This document shows positions 13,601-23,639 of a stretch of 64,000 nucleotides of DNA, piece by piece; position 1 is the stretch's first letter, and each line of letters begins with the position of its first letter. The notes under the pieces are model-generated. The model ran no database searches. It was given only the letters and a program-made list of their open reading frames with translations, and was not told where the DNA came from. Source of the stretch: Spongospora subterranea f. sp. subterranea (lineage: Eukaryota); the NCBI GenBank assembly GCA_049724395.1, contig JAUGWO010000062.1, positions 186,001 through 250,000 on the forward strand, read 5' to 3'. The position numbers were made by a program, and so were the translations under genes.

Positions 13601-14908
13601 TTGAGGTATATCACGAGCAAACAGAATACTGAAGCACGGAACTGATTGATGTTTAGGGACATATTTAGAAAGTCGCTCAACAATAATGTCGTCTTTAAAA
13701 GATGCTACCGTTCGCCGACAGACAGATTCGGATCGTATTAGTGCATTAAATATACGTAAGAGACAATCCTGATGCCAGCAAATGCTTTTGCGAATCCATT
13801 TTTCAGAAATCAATTCACTACAACAGAGAATATGTTGCTTGGAGGCTGAAAACCAACAACGTGATTCAGAGATAAATATGGTACGACAGCGTCTACAACA
13901 AAGTGAGAAAGAATGCCTAAGGTGGAGCGAACTGGTAAGAAGTGACATGAAAAATAAATACAACCTTGCTCACCGAATTGCAGGGAAATAAGCTGCAGCC
14001 AATGAATGTTGGTATGGACTCAACAATCAAAATGATGAAGACGGAAGCAATGCGAATATCAGCTTTATTAGAAGATAGGACGTGCGATTTACATATAATA
14101 TCCAGTGAATATCAACAGCAAGTGTCGAGATTAGAAAGACAGATCCACGATTTACAATTCCGGCAATGTGCGGCGGGTTGGATAGGGCATGGTCAGACAA
14201 TAAGTTATAATGATAGGATTGGATGTAAGCGTGGACGGGATCACCGTGTTCGACTGTTTATTGACTGCTGGATGGTCGTTCAGACGATGTGAGTTGTGAT
14301 TTTAACCTGTATAATCATATTATTGGTCTCGAGGCCAAGGCTGCATCACTGCAGGCGACTGTAAACACCTATCAAAACCAGGACAGAATATTTGAGGAGC
14401 ACAATAAGTACGATGACGCCAATTGCCATTCTTCGTTTGTAACGTCGATCTTCGCTACAGGATTTTCTCTAGAACCAACGATTTGGCGATAATGTCTGGG
14501 GAACGACATCGGATATTAAAAAGAAAGATATCAGATGTGCACATACGTTCTGAAAATATCAGGAAGCATGCAAAGCTCGTGGAGGCGGAAAATAAAAGGC
14601 TAAACCAGGAAATCGCGCAGCTAAAACAGAGTATATCATCCTCAAAGGAGGCGGTGCTAAGGCCTGGCAATACGTATTATATATCTGGCGTGGGTAAAAA
14701 CATCTCGATATCTGATACTGAACGCTGTAGGACTCTGCCTGAAAACATACCAAGTGTGCCCGCTAGGCGTAATTCGCCTGTACGACAGAAAGAATTAGCA
14801 TTCCGACCGTCACCTGGATCTCCATCATTGTCAGCCCCCGCCATGATTCATCTGGATTATTCATCTCCTGCTAAAACAAGAACTTCTGCGCCTTTCCGTA
14901 TCAAATAG
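10642..14908 (+). CDS. Large multi-exon coiled-coil protein
   Basis: A chain of Q/E/K/L-rich heptad ORFs (10778, 11681, 12019, 12256, 12886, 13394, 13782, 14423) is separated by ~50-60-bp GT-AG introns and ends in a low-complexity S/P tail. Confidence 0.7.
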
Positions 14909-15075
14909 TTCAATATAACATACTGTAGTTATTCCATTGCTTTCCGTCGAATGAAATCCTATAGAAATTTATTCTACGCTGGATCGTCGGAGTCGGGTAA
15001 TCAAAGGTGATAATGAGCAATTATCGAAATATATTGAATGGACCTTGTTTTTGGTATTGCAGTATTTATTTACAC

Positions 15076-15936
15076 ATTTCACGTTGGTACAACAGAGTTG
15101 TCGCAATATCGGAAAAATGGTACAACAGACGAAAATTTGGTACAACAGAGTTGCAATATCGGAAAATTCGCAATATCGGAAAATTCACGATGGTACAACA
15201 GAGTTGTCGCAATATCGGAAAATTCACGTTGGTACAACAGAGTTGTCGCAATCGGAAAATTCGATGGTACAACAGAGTTTCACGTTGGTACAACAGAGTT
15301 GTCGCAATATCGGAAAATTCACGTTGGTACAATCAGAGTTGTCGCAATATCGGAAATTTCACGTTGGTACAACAGAGTTGTCGCAATATCGGAAAATTCA
15401 CGTTGGTACAACAGAGTTGTCGCAATATCGGAAAATTCACGATGGTACAACAGAGTTGTCGCAATATCGGAAAAATGGTACAACAGAGTTGTCGCAATAT
15501 CGGAAAATTCACGATGGTACAACAGAGTTGTCGCAATATCGGAAAATTCACGTTGGTACAACAGAGTTGTCGCAATATCGGAAATTTCACGTTGGTACAA
15601 CAGAGTTGTCGCAATATCGGAAAATTCACGTTGGTACAACAGAGTTGTCGCAATATCGGAAAATTCACGATGGTACAACAGAGTTGTCGCAATATCGGAA
15701 AATTCACGTTGGTACAACAGAGTTGTCGCAATATCGGAAATTTCACGTTGGTACAACAGAGTTGTCGCAATATCGGAAAATTCACGTTGGTACAACAGAG
15801 TTGTCGCAATATCGGAAAATTCACGTTGGTACAACAGAGTTGTCGCAATATCGGAAAATTCACGTTGGTACAACAGAGTTGTCGCAATATCGGAAAATTC
15901 ACGTTGGTACAACAGAGTTGTCGCAATATCGGAAAA
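15076..15936. repeat. Tandem array of ~22 x 39-bp unit GGTACAACAGAGTTGTCGCAATATCGGAAAATTCACGTT
   Basis: Directly visible; 13-aa periodicity in the translated frames; no unique spacers. Confidence 0.97.
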
Positions 15937-16526
15937 AAAAGTAGTCTGTGGTTAAAAGATAGTGTAGTGTATAGTGTAGTGTATTTGACTCTACCTATGA
16001 CACGAGTGTCAATCAAAGCAGTTTCTTTTCTGTCCTTTAAATCTTTGAAAGCATTTCTGATCCCCACGAATCGATCAACTAGGTAGTTTATAATATTGTA
16101 GATGGTCAAAACAACATTCATTGAGCTTTTAATACAAGGGCCACGGTGGTGGAAAGCTATGAAAGAATCGGCGCGACCGCCCATTCGATGTGCACCGCAG
16201 GCGAAGAGACTGCGGGTCGAATACGCGAATAATCGATCTCTCAAAATCATATTCATCCTCAACTAGCAAAGGGACAAGTCATGGCAATCTTGATTATGAC
16301 CAATGCGACAATTCTTCGGCCATAAAATGAACTACGTAATCCCCATTTTGTAATTGCTCCTTTGGTCGGGGCTGATTATACTGGACTTTTTGGAGGCTAT
16401 TCTTGAATGCATTGAACACATCCTCGTTCTGGAATTCAAGGTAGGATCTAACGTCAAGATTAGATTGACGAAAAAATATATTATAGTAATAAAGGTGCTT
16501 CTCAAACATACTGATAGTCTCATAAT

Positions 16527-17068
16527 ACGAATGATGGATGGAGTGCCAAAGCATCCGCTTTTTGTGTATCAATCGAGCGAGGGACACGAATGATGGATTG
16601 TCGCATCGACCACAATGAAGAGCCGCTCGTGTATCAATGACTTGAAAAAGCGAGGGACACTTATTGATCGTCACCCTCGAGGGAACGAATGATGGATGTT
16701 AGAAGCCGCTCGTGTATCAATCGAGCGAGGGACACGAATGATGTTAGAACAGCCGCTCGTGTATCAATCGAATGATGGATGTTAGAACAGCGAGGGACAC
16801 GAATGATGGATGTTAGAACAGCCGCTCGTGTATCAATCGAGCGAGACACGAATGATGGATGTTAGAACAGCCGCTCGTGTATCAATCGAGCGAGGGACAC
16901 GAATGATGGATGTTAGAACAGCCGCTCGTGTATCAATCGAGCGAGGGACACGAATGATGGATGTAGAACAGCCGCTCGTGTATCAATCGAGCGAGGGACA
17001 CGAATGATGGATGTTAGAACAGCCGCTCGTGTATCAATCGAGCGAGGGACACGAATGGTGGATGTTAG
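16527..17068. repeat. Tandem array of ~10 x 51-bp unit GATGGATGTTAGAACAGCCGCTCGTGTATCAATCGAGCGAGGGACACGAAT
   Basis: Directly visible; degenerate on the left and near-identical from ~16800 onward. Confidence 0.95.
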
Positions 17069-17136
17069 AGCATCGCCTTGATTTTTCCCAGTTTCAAGAA
17101 GCTGCGGAGAGATGCTGATCTACAGTATACTGTGTC

Positions 17137-17267
17137 ACCATCTCCTCTCGAATCAGGTCGTAGTCGGTGATGCCGATCCCACCGAGCGAAGGTGGAAGAG
17201 TAGCGTGGGATCGGCATCTCGGTGGGATCGGCATCACCGACTACGACTTGATTCGAGAGGAGATGGT
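17137..17267. repeat. Inverted repeat/hairpin with 50-bp arms (17137-17186 and 17218-17267) and a 31-nt loop
   Basis: The arms are reverse complements at 49/50 positions. The single difference would be a G-U pair in a plus-strand transcript. Confidence 0.95.
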
Positions 17268-17745
17268 CTTGGCGCTGTCGGCGGCGTGTATGTGCGACGT
17301 GATTAGCGAGGCCACACATCGTCTGTCAGACTCAGACAGAGTATGTACTACTGTGCTCGCCACATGATCCAACTTTCAGCTTCCAAATCTATTGGATCCA
17401 GTAGACACGCTGAAACGACGATTTAGGGTGCCCTCATAAAGTAAAAAATCCTTGTGGAACTTCCGTAGCTTCCAAACAACAAAAGTGAAATCATTGGAAC
17501 CGCCATCAATGTACCACCGCATATCAGCACCTACATGTCCGACCAATCAGAATTGTTTGTCGCATTTCTACGGTGTCCAGGACAGTAATACACGAGAGAG
17601 TGAGAGTGCTGTGCGCAGTTGTTCCCCTGGTGGTGTGTAGTGGGGGCAGTCACCGCCTGACCCGTCCTGTGTCGTGTGTCTGTCTGTCTGTGTTACTCGT
17701 ATTATTATCTCTACGGGGTGTACAGATCATCACGGGGTCATTATC

Positions 17746-19020
17746 ATGTCGGATCAATCAGACAATAATGGTCAACATCCACCTGAACCACCCGACGACC
17801 ATCGCTTCAGCGACCTAGTACGCAATCTGTTTCAGGTATCGCGTTCGCCAATTGATCCAGTACTGGACCCCACCGTGATGCCGTCCTCGAGTTCGTCTGT
17901 GGACCTCGTTTATCAAGTTTGGAGAGTCGCTGACGCTGCTGACGAGTCCGGGCCTCCTCCGGCATCTTCCGCCGCCATTGAATCGTTGTTGGAGACCACA
18001 GCGTCGGTTGATACAACCAAGGAAGATTGTGTGGTCTGTCGTGAAGGATTCATGCAAGGCCAAAAGGTCAAGGAGCTGCCTTGTCAGCACTTATTCCACA
18101 CCGATTGTATTGTGCTATGGCTTGAAATCAGGAATACCTGCCCGGTTTGCAGATATGAATTACCTACTGATAACGAACTATATGATGAGCAACGTCAAGA
18201 TATACGAAGGGCCGAAAGGGATTTAGACGCAAGGCAGTTGCAGGGGGAATACCCAGCTCACTCAGGTGACGATTTATCGTCACCTGATGAAGAGTTGTAT
18301 ATGATCGAGGGCGATGATATGCACGATATGTTCGGGATACAGAGAGATGATATGGTTTTTGGCGACATTACACCTGGAGAGGAAGAGGAAGAGGAGGAGG
18401 AGTTGGACGATGATGAAGATCTGGCAGACATGTTCAGGATAATATCTCATGGTGATGACGAATCTAGGGATAGCGATGATCTTTCGAATCCCAGTTTCCT
18501 CCCTGACCAAGTAGACAATGCTGAACCGTATGACAAAAGGGGAGAAGATGATGATCATGCAGATTATGGGTCCGTTGTTGTTCTGCGTTCACGCCTTCTC
18601 AGTGCAGAGAACCTTAACGTTCACTTACAGGAGCAGCTAGAGGCAGCTCGGGCCTCAGCACTGGCTGAATCATTGCGATCTGCCAGAGTAACCGCCGATT
18701 TCCGATTAATGCTAGGGGACTTCCGTCATGTTGACGTGCCCCTTACAATCCTCCAGCTCCGCCAACTCGAGACCAGACAATTACGGGCACTACGAAGTAC
18801 TCGATCGTTTCTGGAACAGGCCCTGCGAAGCGCCCCGCCCCAATGTCAGAAATGCAACTGTCGCGTAGTGGACGTGATTATATCACCTTGCAACTGTATA
18901 TGCTGTTGTCGACAGTGCATGTCCAATGGGATAACCGATTGTCCATCTTGTGGAGAGACCGTCGGTTCCTTCGAATCAGTCAGATTTCCATGCTGCACTT
19001 CTCCTCGAACCGACCAATAA
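17746..19020 (+). CDS. E3 ubiquitin ligase with N-terminal RING-H2, acidic linker, coiled coil and C-terminal RING-HC-like finger
   Basis: PPPAS..AIESL..CVVCREGF..LPCQHLFHTDCIVLWL..TCPVCRYELPTD, and a C-terminal CQKC..PCNCICCCRQC..CPSC. Intronless. Confidence 0.88.
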   Translation: MSDQSDNNGQHPPEPPDDHRFSDLVRNLFQVSRSPIDPVLDPTVMPSSSSSVDLVYQVWRVADAADESGPPPASSAAIESLLETTASVDTTKEDCVVCREGFMQGQKVKELPCQHLFHTDCIVLWLEIRNTCPVCRYELPTDNELYDEQRQDIRRAERDLDARQLQGEYPAHSGDDLSSPDEELYMIEGDDMHDMFGIQRDDMVFGDITPGEEEEEEEELDDDEDLADMFRIISHGDDESRDSDDLSNPSFLPDQVDNAEPYDKRGEDDDHADYGSVVVLRSRLLSAENLNVHLQEQLEAARASALAESLRSARVTADFRLMLGDFRHVDVPLTILQLRQLETRQLRALRSTRSFLEQALRSAPPQCQKCNCRVVDVIISPCNCICCCRQCMSNGITDCPSCGETVGSFESVRFPCCTSPRTDQ

Positions 19021-19097
19021 TTCAAACGAACTGTTTCATCCATCCCTTTAAATTTAATGTATTTTCAAGTATTCTATGTGTAAACGTTGAAATTGCT

Positions 19098-19910
19098 TCA
19101 GAATGTTATCTTGGTTCCTCCGAACTTTACGCCCGATTCCGCCTTCCTTTTCTTGGCAGCCGCCCATGACGGGTGAACTTCTTCATCAACGACGGGTTCG
19201 GTTATTTGTGGTCGCTTTGCAGAGTTTTTCGGTTTAGAAATATGATGTGCTGATTTTCCAAATTTTTTGGCAAGTAATGCCTGTCTTGCGCGCTGTCCCG
19301 GGCGATTTTTCCTAGGTAATACGTCCACGTCGTCAACCTGGTCTTCTGAGTCGTCGCTTTCGTCTTGCGACAAAATGTCGTGACTGTGATCATCGTCGCG
19401 AGGAGTCTTGCCGGAAAGGCGGTGCATGACGGAATTCACAACCGATGACGATAGCAATGACGTGATTGTTGCAGAGAGGTCCGCTGTTTGATCGGCTGAT
19501 ATTGCCGATGCTTCATCACATTTCCCGGTCAATTTCAACATGGCCACAACTGCAGCTAGGTCTAGATCTAAAGCCTATATATATATATTGGTGTTATCTG
19601 AAATGCGGTTCTTGGACATGCGGGCACTAATATTCACCTTGATTAGCATTTTTGTTTTTTCAAATCTTTCAACAGATTTAACGTGCTTCAGCGAAACTTT
19701 CTCGCTGATGTTCTCTGGTGAATCGGATTTTACACGGGATTTTGCCGCTTTCAGATTGCGAACCGCTTTACGGGCCATGAACGATCTGGCTTTCTTGATC
19801 GTCTGGCGCAATTCCCTGAACTGTTTACGTGAGCCGGGTTCCTTCTGCATATCAGCGAGATATTCCTTCCATGATATGGGTGGTGATTGAGCCTGCTCAT
19901 CGTCTGACAT
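19098..19910 (-). CDS. BUD22: BUD22/SRFBP1-family ribosome biogenesis protein
   Basis: Motifs RKNRPGQRARQ, HPSWAAAKKRK and KFGGTKITF. Intron 19575-19637 gives LIK-ALDLD. Confidence 0.85.
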
Positions 19911-20401
19911 AATTCGGGGATTTTCCAGGTCGATCACAATTGGGGCAAAATCGCTTTTGTAAAACTGCGCATCGGTGACCGCGGCCAGGTCCGTCTACAG
20001 GGGCAACGTTCCTCCAAATCATGGGTTTGAGTCTGCCGTTCGCCGATAATTACATCACCTTGGTCTGCTTCTCGGATGATGCGGGAAAATCATGAAGAGA
20101 TTGGTGGAGTATCAGGTGGACCATGACCAGGGTCAATAGGCGATCGTTTCACGAAGGGTATTGGGTTTTTTGTGATTGGCATTTTATTGGCCAATGGAAT
20201 CAATTGTCCAATATATTCCGATGGGGGTGTACGATCATTACATCTGGTCATGATTGATGTCAACACCATGTTTTGCCCTGAGACGTTAGGTAGCGCCACA
20301 TTCCTTGAGACCGTCACGGTAACAGGTAGATAGCGCCAGAGACCCCTCACAGTGTCCGATTTCTATACAGTGACCAGGACGGTACTGTACCAGGTATCGC
20401 C

Positions 20402-21840
20402 ATGATTAGCTGCATGAGGAATATATCCCCATCGATTGGTGCCGGTTTTGGACGGCGATTTGGGACTGGGGCTCATCAAGTGTAATATATCTCGCCGCCT
20501 TCGTTATCGGTATTCTATTATGGGGATAACATTTTCCATTTCGATCAGGGTCCTTTTACGTGGAGATGGGATCGGTCCTGAATGTATTAACGCATCTATC
20601 GATATTATCAAGGCGACTGGAGTCAGCATCAACTGGATTGAGCACCCATTTGGGCAAGATCACTATATGGCGACAGGTCATTTTGAACAACGCAATCCCT
20701 TTTTCAGGACCGGCTTATATCAACCATTGATTCAGGGAGGTTCCTGGATGAGGATTTACTGGATTCATTCGAACAGCATAAAGTGATTTTCAAAGGGCCA
20801 ATCACCATTCCACCTGGTGTTAATCCTCGTGTTAATATTGGAGGAAGGTCGTTCACCAGTGCGAATCAGGCATTGCGAAAGTTGTTCGGCCTATTCGCTA
20901 ATGTACGACCTGCTAAATCGCTTGAAGGGGTCGACAGCCGCTTCTCTGATATCGACCTGGTCGTCATTCGGGAGAATACGGAAGTACAATTGCAGAGCGA
21001 CACCGCTGACTGCTATCGGGGAATTAAACCATGATCGCGATAGGACCTATACACAGGAGAGGAGACATGGGTTGATGACAACACAGTCGAAGGCGTCAAA
21101 CGGATCACTCGAGGAGCCAGTGAGAAGATCGCCCAGATTTGCCTTCGACTACGCCACGAAACACAATCGTCGGACCGTCACGGTTGTTCACAAAGCGAAT
21201 GTGTGCCCAAAGGCAGATGGGTTATTTCTTAAATGCGCCAGGGAGATTGGGGCTGAACACCCATCGTTGGTATTGAATGATCAACTCGCTGATAGTCTCC
21301 TGTAAGGCATATCATCCCTCAAATGGCACTTCCGCCGACTCATTCTTGTTCTCCCCTGATCAGCACCAAGATGGTGCTGTCGCCACAAACACTCGACATA
21401 TTGCTCTGCCCGAACCTATTTGGAGATCTGGTATCGGATCTGGCAGCCGGACTGGTCGGGTCGTTGGGTTTGGCGCCAAGCGGGCAATACGGTGAACGAC
21501 ACGCCCTGTTCGAACCAGCTCATGGTTCAGCACCGGATATCGCCGGGAAAGGGTTCGCCAATCCGACCTCCCATATATTATCGGCGACAATGATGCTAAA
21601 CCATCTTGGCGAGGTCCAAGCGGCCAATCAGATATCGACCGCCTTACGTCATGTGTAAGGAAATCTCCCGAAAACACTAGGAACTGACTCATAACGCTCC
21701 TCAACAGGATCAAAGACAAGTCAAAACGGACAGCCGATATTGGTGGAACTGGGGATTTATACACGTTTACCCAAGCGATTATTGAGGCGGTTCGCACCCA
21801 GAATGAGAAACCGCAATCGTGTAAATCTGTAAGCAATTAA
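20402..21840 (+). CDS. Isocitrate/isopropylmalate (beta-decarboxylating) dehydrogenase family, probably mitochondrial; apparent 1-bp frameshift at 21132-21134
   Basis: Motifs GDGIGPE, KGPITIP, SANQALRK..FANVRP, RENTE-DLY, VHKANV, PNLFGDLVSDLAAGLVGSLG, FEPAHGSAPDIAGK and TADIGG. Arg/Ser/Gly-rich presequence; five introns. Confidence 0.9.
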
Positions 21841-22788
21841 ACACATCTAAATCATTCGGTGGAGGAATGTGTTGATGTAGCGGTTGTGGAATTGTCGTAA
21901 TCCTTTCAAAAAGTCGAGATGATTTCTGGGCTGATCCAGATGTCGCGCCCTATCCTGCGATGTATCCAACATCGTGTTGAATAATCTCTTTCTCGTCGCG
22001 GCATTGTTCTTCTGGTCCTCATTACAAACACGAAAAAATCCGCTATAATCACACGATAAATGCCAACGAATTCGCAGGCAATCGTGCGCGTAACTGGTTT
22101 TTTCACCAGAAACTTTGTTGGCCTTGAGCGACGTCCCTCACCGCCTGGGCTACTGTGGTACGAAGGTTCGCCGACCTCATGACCAAAACCATCATCTCAA
22201 TAAGATGAGCAAATGAAATCCCTTGTGATATGGTTGAAACAATGGTACTTGGAACCAGAAAACGCTTTTCACCCCCAGAAATTGGCCTTTTCAACCCAGT
22301 AATTGGCCTTATCACCCCCCAAGTATTCAGTTATATCTTATCGTTCTTATCGAATACAGCCTGCTTGTTTTTTCCCCCTCAGTTACTGTTGTCTGTCATC
22401 AGATTGCTCATTCCTATTATTGCTATCGGGTCGCATTACCATAGCTCTCATTTATTATAACCCCTTTCGCATCGCCTCAATTGATCGATTTTTTGCGTTG
22501 GTTTTGAGTCATTGCTTGCCTGACTGCGGAACAAGAGCCTGAAATTGGGCAGGACAGTGGAAGCAGAGATTGACGTGTCGATATTTGATCGGAACTAGGG
22601 CTGGACGGTGGTGATTCATCTAGACCTTTTCGCGACGCTATTGAGTTGAGTCATCGTTGACGTCGCCAGAATTCCGATGGTTTGTCCTGCGACCTTTCCC
22701 CATCATGGTTCATTCTTGAAATCTCCATCTCGAACCAAAGCCTTCATCAATCAGCAATCCCTTTTCGATTCTCTTTGTCAATCACATC

Positions 22789-23357
22789 ATGTCGCCAATC
22801 TCTTCCTCACTCCTGGTCCTAGCCGTTGTCGTGATCGGCGCCGCTGTCGCCGATTATGGTGGTGACTACGACCACGACGATTACCACGACGGTGACGTTG
22901 ATGGATACCACAAGTCGCAGAACGAATTTCATGCTGATACCGATGGCAATCTTCTCCACAACAACAAGCAGGTCTGTCGCTCTGTTATCCGAGCACCATT
23001 CCGTTTATTGACATGATTCTCCCTCAGTATGACCACATCGACGACGAACGATTCCAGACCCATTTGGAGCATGAGAAGGTGCATCACCACGCTCACAACC
23101 CCCAGAACGATCTTGACGTTCGCGACTTTGAGGAGAACATTCTGACCCCAACCGACAAACACGTTGTTGAAGAAGAAATCGTGGAAACTCACCACGTTGC
23201 CGATGAAGATGCGCCAGCCCACGAACACTTCGGAAGTATGCTGGACCATGGACACACCTATGAGAGCCTCCACAACCCACACATGGATGGGCAAGGGCAT
23301 GAAGCTGGTGTCGACACCATTGGACCGAACAATGGCCATGCCCATCACTGGGAGTAA
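22789..23357 (+). CDS. Small secreted His/Asp/Glu-rich protein (170 aa, 2 exons)
   Basis: Signal peptide MSPISSSLLVLAVVVIGAAVA; in-frame intron 22972-23027; no Cys. Confidence 0.85.
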
Positions 23358-23639
23358 TTGTGGTCATCAGCCAGCGTTGTATTCACCTTAGTATACGATA
23401 ATACACGCCAGTTCAGCACTTCCTCCAAACAGAGTGTCAATAGTTGCTTGTGTTTGCCAATCGACACAAGCTTTGTGTCGATGCATTCGGCCCGCGTTTT
23501 CCCTGAAAAAAACTCTTGTTGCCTACGATAGGATTACCAAGTGTGTGGCGTAGACGGGGCTGATGACACATTACACACGATGAGGTGGATGTAATGTATT
23601 ATCTCGTCACGTAAGGCTACATGTTTCACCACTTGGCAA

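Noticed and set aside
15076..15936. CRISPR array (39-bp repeat with dyad)
   Set aside because: The units are contiguous with no unique spacers, there are no cas genes, and the context is eukaryotic.
15007..16262. 200-360-aa repeat proteins in five frames
   Set aside because: The openness follows from a 39-bp unit that is stop-free in most frames; nothing favours one frame.
15960..16520. Helitron, Ulp1-protease or viral coding remnant between the arrays
   Set aside because: Only vague resemblance; no diagnostic motif such as a catalytic Cys or the Rep HUH could be read.
21906..22542. Small minus-strand gene or element
   Set aside because: Short ORFs without homology; only a 10-bp direct repeat (AATTGGCCTT).
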